Part shown: one piece after another, positions 27,357 through 35,815 of the stretch
How the letters are laid out: each line of letters begins with the position of its first letter
Position numbering within the stretch: position 1 is the stretch's first letter
Sequence record: NC_070966.1
Strand: one strand, 5' to 3'
Length of the DNA: 64,000 nt
Program-made: the position numbers and the translations under genes
The notes under the pieces: generated by a model
What the model was told of the DNA's origin: nothing
Database searches by the model: none
What the model saw: the letters and a program-made list of their open reading frames with translations, nothing else

Positions 27357-28136
27357 CTATGAATATTTCTCCTTGAGAGTTTTCATGGAGATCATTTGAT
27401 GGTCGATGATCTTACCTTCACCAACTCGTAATCTACAAATTCCGTATGTCCAACCAGTAGCACTTAGTCCAGCGTAGTGTTCAACTTCTCCATCAGGTAG
27501 AGAGGTGCCGACATTGAACACTTGAACAGATTGATTAGAACCAATCTTAGCTTCATGGTGAATACGGTGACGATGAGTGTGTCCTAGAACGACTGAGAAG
27601 AGAGTATCTCTTGCGATCGCTGCTTCGACATTCTTACCTTTATAAGGTACACCCATCGTATTGAATGGAACATGAGTAAATCCTACTCCACCTAAGAATA
27701 GAAATTTACCGTATGCGGATACATTAAAATTGTATCTGGCGTATAATTGCTCGATGAGAAGACCGAAATGACCACACTCCTTTGGTCTAGCTTTAGCTTC
27801 TCGATGAGCTCTGTCCTCGTGATTTCCTAGTGTAATATGGCGTTCGACTTCTGTATGAGATGGAGCTTCTTTATCAAACATATAAAGAGCTTCTTCACCA
27901 GCACTAATATCGTCCATAAAAGTTGGACGTTCAAGATCCTCTTTGGATCCAGGCAATTGATGCCTAGACAAACTATCGAGAGATAGAAAGTCACCTATGC
28001 TAACAACACAGTCAGATGGATTGGCAGATAGATAACGACCGATCCAAGTCATTCTTTCATTGGATCTTTTGGGACTGACGTGAGCATCAGCGATGACCAC
28101 CACGTCTTGAGATTTGTCGTCAGTAGATTTAATCAC
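27357..28136 (-). CDS. Calcineurin-like metallophosphoesterase
   Basis: DAH, GDFLSLD, GNHE, GHTH. Confidence 0.85.
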   Translation of the reverse strand: MIKSTDDKSQDVVVIADAHVSPKRSNERMTWIGRYLSANPSDCVVSIGDFLSLDSLSRHQLPGSKEDLERPTFMDDISAGEEALYMFDKEAPSHTEVERHITLGNHEDRAHREAKARPKECGHFGLLIEQLYARYNFNVSAYGKFLFLGGVGFTHVPFNTMGVPYKGKNVEAAIARDTLFSVVLGHTHRHRIHHEAKIGSNQSVQVFNVGTSLPDGEVEHYAGLSATGWTYGICRLRVGEGKIIDHQMISMKTLKEKYS

Positions 28137-28160
28137 GGAATAATCCTTAAGGAGACATTA

Positions 28161-28186
28161 GAGAGGTCACAAGAATGTGACCTCTC
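28161..28186 (-). terminator. Hairpin / terminator after the endolysin
   Basis: GAGAGGTCAC...GTGACCTCTC 10-bp stem. Confidence 0.65.
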
Positions 28187-28200
28187 CCTCGTCAATTCAA

Positions 28201-28806
28201 CTACGCAAGTACTGAATTAAACTTCTGAGCGTAAGTTGCTACATCTTTGGCTCGATCGAGACCATTGATGATTCTTCTTGCATTTACCCAGTCAGTTGTA
28301 TTAGAGTTAAAGTAATTCTCTAGAGATACTCCTGTGAAGTCACCTCTAGTGCTCTGCCCCTTAGTCATTCCTTCAATCATGATTCTAGCAGCGATCTTAG
28401 GATCCATTGCTAGTTCAGGATTGCCTACCAGATCAACTCCTAGGAGTTTACCCATATTTAAATAGTTATTGTACCATGTAAGTTGTACATATCCTCGTCC
28501 ACAGTACTTAGCTCCATCGCCTGGATTTTTATTACCCATTTGAAGAGCTAACTTAGGACGAGTCCCCTTGATGTCGTACATCTTGGTATAATAAGCATTG
28601 CCACCATACTCCTTAACAGGGAGCATAGTCTTAGCAGTTTCATGATAAGCAGTTGCTAACATGTAAGCTGCCCATCTTGTATCTTCTACTTCAGCCTCGA
28701 TTTCTCCAAGAATGAAGTTTAATCCATTAACTTGAGATTGAGTCAATGAAGTGAAGAGACCATTCTTCTTAATGCCATCGTAAAATTTTTCACGATTGAT
28801 TAACAT
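28201..28806 (-). CDS. Glycoside hydrolase family 19-like endolysin
   Basis: AYMLATAYHET, DGAKYCGRGYVQLTWYNNY, ARRIING. Confidence 0.88.
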   Translation of the reverse strand: MLINREKFYDGIKKNGLFTSLTQSQVNGLNFILGEIEAEVEDTRWAAYMLATAYHETAKTMLPVKEYGGNAYYTKMYDIKGTRPKLALQMGNKNPGDGAKYCGRGYVQLTWYNNYLNMGKLLGVDLVGNPELAMDPKIAARIMIEGMTKGQSTRGDFTGVSLENYFNSNTTDWVNARRIINGLDRAKDVATYAQKFNSVLA

Positions 28807-28819
28807 ATTGCACCTATCG

Positions 28820-29173
28820 CTAAGGGTTAATCTTACTGTTCAAGGTCTGGATCTGTACCTTCAGATTATCATTCTCTAATTTAAGATCACTGATTTCATC
28901 TAGAAGAAACTTAACTTGCATCTCTAATTTGGCACTATCTGCAATAGCCTTGTTACGCTCTTCATTCAGCTTGTCAGTTCTAGCTTCAAGTTCTAGTACT
29001 CTTTTAACGAGACTATCTCTGTAACTATCAAATGACTCCGTGGCACGATCATCTCTCAGATCTCGCTTAACCATACGGAATGCTTTGTAAGAACCTCCAA
29101 TTATTAGAGCAGCACACGATCCGACTGCAGCCCAGAATCCTCCTGAAGCATCGGTCGGTAAAAAGTCCACCAT
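28820..29173 (-). CDS. Single-TM plus coiled-coil protein, holin/antiholin candidate
   Basis: N-terminal hydrophobic helix, long heptad C-terminus, adjacent to the endolysin. Confidence 0.5.
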   Translation of the reverse strand: MVDFLPTDASGGFWAAVGSCAALIIGGSYKAFRMVKRDLRDDRATESFDSYRDSLVKRVLELEARTDKLNEERNKAIADSAKLEMQVKFLLDEISDLKLENDNLKVQIQTLNSKINP

Positions 29174-29175
29174 GG

Positions 29176-29637
29176 CTATTCTCCAACAGATTTATCGATT
29201 TTATTTTTATCAAATCTTAAGAAGTCCCACCAAGCAGCAACCATAACAATTGCAGTATCCATTACTGCAGCAGCTGGAGGATATTTAGAGCTGATACAGG
29301 ATAGAGATACAAATGTCCATACTGCACATGAAAAGAATTTGATGAGGAGTTCAAATTTGAATGTCTTCTTACTCGATACACGATAAAATCTCCACAATTG
29401 AATCGATGCGAGAAAGAAGAATAGCAATACCCATTGAATCTCAGACAGGATAGAACTCATTAATCCGTAGACAGGTCTGTCAGGACTCATTGTCTGTCCA
29501 GGTAAAGCTAATGAAATTGCCCAGAGATATCCTGACATAATCGAACAGATTATGGCAGGACTTGTGTCAGCATTTTTAACTGTTGATGAGAATGCATAAT
29601 ATATCTCAAATATATTATTTTTAAAATGGCTTAACAT
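29176..29637 (-). CDS. Multi-TM membrane protein, holin candidate
   Basis: True start probably ATG 29637 (TGATG overlap, GGAG RBS); about four hydrophobic segments. Confidence 0.5.
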   Translation of the reverse strand: MLSHFKNNIFEIYYAFSSTVKNADTSPAIICSIMSGYLWAISLALPGQTMSPDRPVYGLMSSILSEIQWVLLFFFLASIQLWRFYRVSSKKTFKFELLIKFFSCAVWTFVSLSCISSKYPPAAAVMDTAIVMVAAWWDFLRFDKNKIDKSVGE

Positions 29638-30557
29638 CACAACTCCGCATCTAAGCTGAATGCAAACGTATTTGTAACCGAATGAGTAAAGTACATCCCA
29701 GTCGCGAATACTTGTGTATTTCCATTTGCAGCCGTACCAATCCATGAAATCGATGGAACTGTTCTCATTGGAGTTGGCGTGATATGGACTGTATAGTTTC
29801 CAGAATTACCAACAGTTACAGGATATTTTATATAGTATCTGTAGCAGAGCAAAGTTTCAGTTATAAGTGGACGCTCATAGAATGGATCCGACTCACTTGT
29901 GGCATCACCTTCAACTAGAGATACTCTAGCGATATCGAATGTCCCTGACTGTTGACCTAAGCTGACAGTATTCGCGTTCCAATTTGATCCTGCATCGAAC
30001 CAAAATCTTAACCCTAAATAATTATCAGGATTCGATCCTAAAGTTTTACCGCTGATCGACGGGATATTAACAGTATACGAGAATTTCTGCCAGCTAGTAC
30101 TCAGAAGAACTTTCTTAGGAGCAAAATCAACATTCGATGAGGGAGATCCACCAGTACCGAATACTTGAACTAGATCTACAGCAATATTTTTAGCTGAGTC
30201 AGCCTTAGCATAAAATGTAATAGTAGCTCTCTTTCCGACGAGCGTTCGTACATTTTCAATCTTTTGATGCTTTAATACATAATTTCCTGCACCTGCAACT
30301 GATGTTACTACTGTTCTTGAGAAGTAAATCGGTTCGCCAGGTACTTCAGTCTGACCTACTGTAAATGGTTGCTGCGAATGAGTCTTTGTTGATCCTACAT
30401 GAGTATTAGCCCATCTATCGTCAGATCCATAGTCTGCAGTTGTCTGAGAAGTAGCACGTTGCCAGATTCTAAAATCACCATTAATAATTTTATTTCTTGA
30501 TGGATCTGAGATCGGTATACTAGCTCGACCTGCTAATAATGTATTTTTACTAGTCAT
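29637..30557 (-). CDS. Tail fibre / receptor-binding protein, paralogue of 32424..33476
   Basis: RNKIINGDFRIWQR...LCYRYY...DAEL architecture. Confidence 0.75.
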   Translation of the reverse strand: MTSKNTLLAGRASIPISDPSRNKIINGDFRIWQRATSQTTADYGSDDRWANTHVGSTKTHSQQPFTVGQTEVPGEPIYFSRTVVTSVAGAGNYVLKHQKIENVRTLVGKRATITFYAKADSAKNIAVDLVQVFGTGGSPSSNVDFAPKKVLLSTSWQKFSYTVNIPSISGKTLGSNPDNYLGLRFWFDAGSNWNANTVSLGQQSGTFDIARVSLVEGDATSESDPFYERPLITETLLCYRYYIKYPVTVGNSGNYTVHITPTPMRTVPSISWIGTAANGNTQVFATGMYFTHSVTNTFAFSLDAEL

Positions 30558-30577
30558 TTAATTATCCTCAGGTCCGA

Positions 30578-31885
30578 TCAGAATTCCCACATCACATTAG
30601 CATTACCTGTCATCGTAGGAGTACCACTAACAGTAGTTAATCTTAGTGATGCTAACTCACCTGGTAGTGTGACTTGAGCATTACCTCGAGAGTTACCACT
30701 ACCTTGATAAGTTCCATCCACTGTCATCATCCAAGTACTAGCACCTGCCGATCCAGTTACTCTGTTAATGACTACAGTTACTGATGCATAAGCATTGACT
30801 GTAGTTCCACTAACAAAATTTAATCCTAGTGTATTCATAACAGCACTACTCATACTACTAGCACCTAAATTAGTAATAACTCCAGTGTAGCCTGTAGTAA
30901 CAATGCCAGTTGAAATTCCTAGTTGAAGAATTGGTGTCTGATTAGCACTTAATGTTAATGTAGGAATTAGAACAGTGACTCTATTAATTGCAGGTGGTAA
31001 ATTAGGCCAATCTATAAATGTACCGGATAGAGTGGTTACTGCATTTCTCTTTAGACCTTTAGTAGTCTGGAGATTTACAACATCATTAGTAAGATTAGTT
31101 AGATTGATTGTTGCAATATCGACGGGAGCATTATATGCTTTGATCCAGTAAGTAACTGTAATGTTAGTAGGACGAGTTTCAGATGCAGTACGAGGAGTAC
31201 CATTAACACCGTCGGTGACAGGATCACCTGTACTTCTTGATCCGCTACCATATGAGTTAGGATCATTTGAACCTGCTTGGACAATACCTGTAGTTGTCGA
31301 TACGTTACTAACTACAAATCTATGACCTTGGAATGCATCTTGTTGAGTTGATCCAAATACGCGGCCTGAGTCCACAGTCTGACCAGGAGTCCATCCACGC
31401 ATGAAGTAACCGCCCATATCAGGTAGGAGTGGATCTCCGTTTCCATTCAATGGTCGACCAATCGTGATTAAGTGAGCTCTGAGTTCAGGATATGTACTCG
31501 TAACTGCTGCACCATTCATCAGTAGGCATCCAGGAGGAGGCGTCGTGTCACTACCAAACATAGTAACAATCTCACCTACTCTACGTCCAACAGATGCCTG
31601 AAGATCAGATACTGACTTAGTTATAGCAGTCGATCCATATGATCTAATGACAACATTGTCATTAGCATTTCGACCATCAATTAAAGTAACAGTTGATGGA
31701 GTAGCGAATACAATATCTGACTGGAGAATTAAGATACCATTGATAAAGATATCGTAATTGTAAGGATCTATACTTAAAATTCTGCCGTCATTTGAGACGC
31801 CACTGAATACAGTTTGACCCTCGGTCGCAGTAAATGAATAGTCAGATCGAGCTACTAAATTTGGTCTATTTCCGAGATAGGTCAT
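30578..31885 (-). CDS. Tail fibre protein with collar domain
   Basis: VGEIVTM..PPPGCLLMNG..YPEL..PDMGGYFMRGW..FGSTQQDAFQGH..ETRP.N collar signature. Confidence 0.85.
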   Translation of the reverse strand: MTYLGNRPNLVARSDYSFTATEGQTVFSGVSNDGRILSIDPYNYDIFINGILILQSDIVFATPSTVTLIDGRNANDNVVIRSYGSTAITKSVSDLQASVGRRVGEIVTMFGSDTTPPPGCLLMNGAAVTSTYPELRAHLITIGRPLNGNGDPLLPDMGGYFMRGWTPGQTVDSGRVFGSTQQDAFQGHRFVVSNVSTTTGIVQAGSNDPNSYGSGSRSTGDPVTDGVNGTPRTASETRPTNITVTYWIKAYNAPVDIATINLTNLTNDVVNLQTTKGLKRNAVTTLSGTFIDWPNLPPAINRVTVLIPTLTLSANQTPILQLGISTGIVTTGYTGVITNLGASSMSSAVMNTLGLNFVSGTTVNAYASVTVVINRVTGSAGASTWMMTVDGTYQGSGNSRGNAQVTLPGELASLRLTTVSGTPTMTGNANVMWEF

Positions 31886-31902
31886 TGATCAAAATCCAAT
31901 TA

Positions 31903-32409
31903 TTAATCAGTCCAGTATTCATCGTCTGCAAAATTATAAGGAATAGGATCCATTGCTTTAATCGTCCAGGATTTGTCGTAAAGATACGATAAATATGCAG
32001 TGGACTTTAAGAATAATTCAACGATTTGACCAGGAGTAAGATTCTGGGTTGCATTATTGGCGTCTCTAAAAGGTGTAATTGTTGTTGTGTCACCTGTAGA
32101 GATCCTACTTGTAGCTACTGAGAATAGTGATTGAAGATTTCTGGTATCTTGTGTTGTACCTGTAATAGGTATAGATCCTACTCCAGTTACTTCAATCGAG
32201 ATTCCTTTAGAAATACGTCTCTCACGTTCTGCATTAATTTGATCTGAGGTAGGTCTAGGTGGAATGTAAGGAGAAATCTCATTACCTTGACTCTCCCACT
32301 CAAGAACCATTTGACGATAACGATTTCCCATATCGTCTGGAATAATTACAGTCTGACCGTCAATATCCGCTTGGATCGACCCATTTTCTAAGTATTTTAC
32401 ATTTTCCAT
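31903..32409 (-). CDS. Tail fibre assembly chaperone (DUF4376-like)
   Basis: IPDDMGNRYRQ..W; QINAERERRI; C-terminal DDEYW. Confidence 0.7.
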   Translation of the reverse strand: MENVKYLENGSIQADIDGQTVIIPDDMGNRYRQMVLEWESQGNEISPYIPPRPTSDQINAERERRISKGISIEVTGVGSIPITGTTQDTRNLQSLFSVATSRISTGDTTTITPFRDANNATQNLTPGQIVELFLKSTAYLSYLYDKSWTIKAMDPIPYNFADDEYWTD

Positions 32410-32423
32410 CTGATTCTCTTTAA

Positions 32424-33476
32424 TTATAATTCAGCGTCAGCTGTAAATTGGAACTGATAAAATCCACTTTGATTTGTTGCATTAGCAGTTAGATATACTC
32501 TGCATCTATCGGCATTCAAGTCATCAGTAGTTGGCGTACTACTAGGAAAACTATTAACACTGATTATAGTAAGTCCAAGTGTAGGAGCAGTTCTCATTGT
32601 TACAGGAAAATATAACATCGTAGTATATGTAGCACCTGAAATCGTATCACCTTGCCATGTAACTGCATTTAATGATTTTGTGTAGTACCGATAGCACAGT
32701 CTGATTTCATCACCTAGATGTCTTTTTGAAAAAGGGTCAGTTTCATATTGAGCGTCACCCTCTACTACAGATACATGAGATAGATCAAATGTTCCAGACT
32801 GTTGACCTAAGTTACTTGCTCGACTCGCAAGAGTCGATCCAGCATCAAACCAGAAGTTGAGTATTAGTGTATGATTGCTATCACTTCCTAGAATTTTTCC
32901 TGAAATCGATGGGAGAGTTACAAGTATAGAGTATCTCTTCCATGATGATGTAAGAGATACTAGACCTAGTGGGATCGAAACTGAAGTTGATGGTGATCCA
33001 CCACTACCAAAACTTTGGTAAAATTCTAGAGCAATATTACGATTAGTATCAGCTTTAGCATAAAATGTAACTGTAACTGTTTTGTTAGCTAGAAAATGAA
33101 CACCTTCTATAGCTTGTGATTTTACAGCATAATTTCCAGAACCTGCTACAGAGGCTACAACTGTACGACTGAAGTAAGACGGATTATTTGGAACTTCAGT
33201 ATGACCCAATGTGAATGACTGCCTGGATGCAGTTTTAGTAGTTCCGATATTCAGATTCATCCATCGATCATCAGATCCGTAACCAGAAGATGTCTGAGAA
33301 GTACCTCGTTGCCATATATCAAAGTCACCGTTGATAATCTTATTTCTGAAACCTGGCAGATTATCAACTAGTAGATTAGCACGTGATTTAGGTAGTGAAA
33401 TTAAGTCGCTTAGATTATTAGAACTGTCTAATTTACCATAAGCAACTTCAGGAGTTTCTGCTCCAATATATGACAT
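32424..33476 (-). CDS. Tail fibre / receptor-binding protein
   Basis: MSYIG N-terminus; RNKIINGDFDIWQRG...LCYRYY...ADAEL. Confidence 0.75.
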   Translation of the reverse strand: MSYIGAETPEVAYGKLDSSNNLSDLISLPKSRANLLVDNLPGFRNKIINGDFDIWQRGTSQTSSGYGSDDRWMNLNIGTTKTASRQSFTLGHTEVPNNPSYFSRTVVASVAGSGNYAVKSQAIEGVHFLANKTVTVTFYAKADTNRNIALEFYQSFGSGGSPSTSVSIPLGLVSLTSSWKRYSILVTLPSISGKILGSDSNHTLILNFWFDAGSTLASRASNLGQQSGTFDLSHVSVVEGDAQYETDPFSKRHLGDEIRLCYRYYTKSLNAVTWQGDTISGATYTTMLYFPVTMRTAPTLGLTIISVNSFPSSTPTTDDLNADRCRVYLTANATNQSGFYQFQFTADAEL

Positions 33477-33808
33477 TAACTACTCTCCATCAAAGATACA
33501 TAAGCATCAATCGATGCAGCTGTACTGGATACAATATATAAAGAATATCCTGGCATCAATACAAGTTTCTGATCTCCACCTACAAGTACAAGAGATGACC
33601 CTTGAATAATCGGAGCATTCTTAACAATATAAATATTGTTAGTTCCATCGTTGACATACACGTCGACATTTACAGATGCGATCAGTAGGTTAGCGACTGA
33701 AAATCCGATAACTGTAGCTGTAGTACTAGCAGGTACGTTGTAATTAGAAATCTTAACAGGAGTCGTACCGATTACTCTACTGTTAATAGATTTAAATACA
33801 GTAGCCAT
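33476..33808 (-). CDS. Small tail-fibre-associated protein
   Basis: MATVFKS..IVKNAPI..SSLVLVGGDQKLVL pattern common next to phage fibres. Confidence 0.6.
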   Translation of the reverse strand: MATVFKSINSRVIGTTPVKISNYNVPASTTATVIGFSVANLLIASVNVDVYVNDGTNNIYIVKNAPIIQGSSLVLVGGDQKLVLMPGYSLYIVSSTAASIDAYVSLMESS

Positions 33809-33812
33809 TTTA

Positions 33813-34043
33813 TTATCCTAACGCAATAGCCATAGCAATTGCAGTTGAAGTATCCGATACAGAATTTGCATCAATTGCAGTAGATAGTTCTGCAAGTGTA
33901 TCACGACTAGCAGGTGCACTACCTTTGATTGTATTGATCTTATCTGTTACAACAGTATTAACAAATTCTGTCGTAGCTACTCGGCTGGAACTATTATTAT
34001 TCTCAGCAGTTATTCCGACGAATGGTGGAACTGATAGTGGCAT
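33813..34043 (-). CDS. Short fibre-segment protein
   Basis: VATTEFV, APASRDTLAEL, C-terminal AIAMAIALG. Confidence 0.6.
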   Translation of the reverse strand: MPLSVPPFVGITAENNNSSSRVATTEFVNTVVTDKINTIKGSAPASRDTLAELSTAIDANSVSDTSTAIAMAIALG

Positions 34044-34047
34044 TGTA

Positions 34048-34830
34048 TTATCCTCTAATCCCTTCTAGAACAATATTTCCAGTGATGTTACCTGCAGATG
34101 CAATAAATCTAATAGCATTTTGACTACCTGTTAAAGTAGCTGACTTAGACGCTAGTGTAACTCCTGCATGCAAGCTACTTGTAACTAGTCCTGTAAAGTG
34201 GGTAATCATATACTTGATAGTTGATGCTTTATTAAGATTAATCAACGTTGCAGTAATCAGAGAAGGATCATTAGCCAATGTAGTAACTGTCATTTGATAA
34301 CCAACTGCAGTACTTGAGGTACCATTTACAACTGCTGTACTATATCCATAATAAGCCAAAGAATGATTTCCACTCGTTGTGAATGTCGATCCGTTATCTG
34401 AACTTAATTGAATAAATCCTAAACCACCTGAAGTCAGTGCTAAGTCACCAACAATTCTCAGAGTCTTAAATGCTGCTAGATTAGTAATAGGAAAGTTTGC
34501 AACGTTCGTAAATGAGTAAGATCCAATAAGTTCCCAGGCATTAGGTCTAAATACTTTCGTGCCAGTCCCATCACCTACTGCTATAGAGTTATCGTCGGTA
34601 TCCCATTCCATCACACCCTCTTCGGTTGGAAGAGATGATGTGCTTTGAGTGAGAATAATCTTAGGACTCGATAAAGTTTTATTAGTAAGTGTTTCAGATC
34701 CAGTCAAGGATGCTTTGGCGTCTAAACTTGACTGAACAGTTGATGCGACTGCCTTTGTAGCTAGTGCGTCTTTAATCGAGGAGTTAGATCCTCGTAATGC
34801 TTCAATTGAGTCTCTAACTTTGCTCGACAT
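34048..34830 (-). CDS. Tail fibre-related protein
   Basis: SETLTNKTL fibre motif; beta-rich tip. Confidence 0.6.
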   Translation of the reverse strand: MSSKVRDSIEALRGSNSSIKDALATKAVASTVQSSLDAKASLTGSETLTNKTLSSPKIILTQSTSSLPTEEGVMEWDTDDNSIAVGDGTGTKVFRPNAWELIGSYSFTNVANFPITNLAAFKTLRIVGDLALTSGGLGFIQLSSDNGSTFTTSGNHSLAYYGYSTAVVNGTSSTAVGYQMTVTTLANDPSLITATLINLNKASTIKYMITHFTGLVTSSLHAGVTLASKSATLTGSQNAIRFIASAGNITGNIVLEGIRG

Positions 34831-34831
34831 A

Positions 34832-35524
34832 TTAAGTACTTTCTGAGAATACTACAACATCCACTACGTCACCTAAAGTTAAAGCAGGTGTGAATGTTAT
34901 AAGAGTAGCTTCTATAACATAATCAGTACCAGCTACAATTTTCATACCGTTGACCCATACCATAACGATTTTATTTAGGAATGAACCATTGAATGTCGAT
35001 TGACCTGCTACTGCTGTGAATGAGGATGAACCGTCAAAACTGAGAGATGTTGGAGTATAAAGAATCGTTAGATTTGATTCTTTACATGTAAACTGATCAC
35101 CTGTGGTACCGTAAACATACATCTTACCAGGATTGATCATATAGGATGGCATTTCGTAAAGTGCATAAGGAGGTAATATAATACTACCAGCACCTAACGT
35201 GGCAGGTGAGTCAAAATTGATCGCCATCACATTTTGTTGACTCAAATTCTGAAATGTAAGTCCTGATCGATTAAAGTTCGTATCAACAACCATCGAATTG
35301 GTAGTGTTAATAGCTCTACTGTAATCTATCCAACTAGTTAAATTAGCCTTTGTACGGATCAGTTCATTTTCACCGATCGTAACATTCAAAGGATTAGTTT
35401 CACTAACTGGTACTCCATCAGGAGTCGAAGGAACGTGCTGATGGACATGAATCCCACCCGTTTCAATCGAACGGAATGTCTTCATATTACCAGAAGCGTC
35501 TACAACATTATAATTATTGCTCAC
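34832..35524 (-). CDS. Virion structural protein, fibre adaptor
   Basis: C-terminal FTAVAGQSTF..VWVNG..GTDY module. Confidence 0.55.
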   Translation of the reverse strand: MSNNYNVVDASGNMKTFRSIETGGIHVHQHVPSTPDGVPVSETNPLNVTIGENELIRTKANLTSWIDYSRAINTTNSMVVDTNFNRSGLTFQNLSQQNVMAINFDSPATLGAGSIILPPYALYEMPSYMINPGKMYVYGTTGDQFTCKESNLTILYTPTSLSFDGSSSFTAVAGQSTFNGSFLNKIVMVWVNGMKIVAGTDYVIEATLITFTPALTLGDVVDVVVFSEST

Positions 35525-35542
35525 TTTAATACTCCTGAAGAG

Positions 35543-35573
35543 AAGGAGATAGGATTTAAGATCCTATCTCCTT
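35543..35573 (-). terminator. Hairpin / terminator
   Basis: AAGGAGATAGGAT...ATCCTATCTCCTT perfect 13-bp stem. Confidence 0.7.
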
Positions 35574-35578
35574 ATGTC

Positions 35579-35806
35579 TTAGACTTCGTCCCAGGTAAAC
35601 TCACCCTTGTATCTAAATCTCTTACCAGTATCGTTTTCGACAACAATCGTACCGCGTACAGGATTCATTGTCTTACGATCTTCAGAAGATCTGTACAGAA
35701 GAGAAGGTTCACTTGCAGATACCTCTACGAATGTATGAGTGTACTCAATAACTCGCGTAGGATCTTCTTGTCCAAGTTCTGGTTTGACTTCAGTTTTCTT
35801 AGCCAT
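35579..35806 (-). CDS. Hypothetical protein
   Basis: AAGGTG RBS; in operon. Confidence 0.55.
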   Translation of the reverse strand: MAKKTEVKPELGQEDPTRVIEYTHTFVEVSASEPSLLYRSSEDRKTMNPVRGTIVVENDTGKRFRYKGEFTWDEV

Positions 35807-35815
35807 ATTTACACC

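Noticed and set aside
29638-29745. N-terminal extension of the holin-like ORF
   Set aside because: Lies inside the fibre gene; the TGATG junction with a GGAG RBS at 29637 is the better start
29637-33476. Diversity-generating retroelement or invertible fibre switch
   Set aside because: No reverse transcriptase or recombinase; the paralogues differ throughout, not only at adenines; no flanking inverted sites seen
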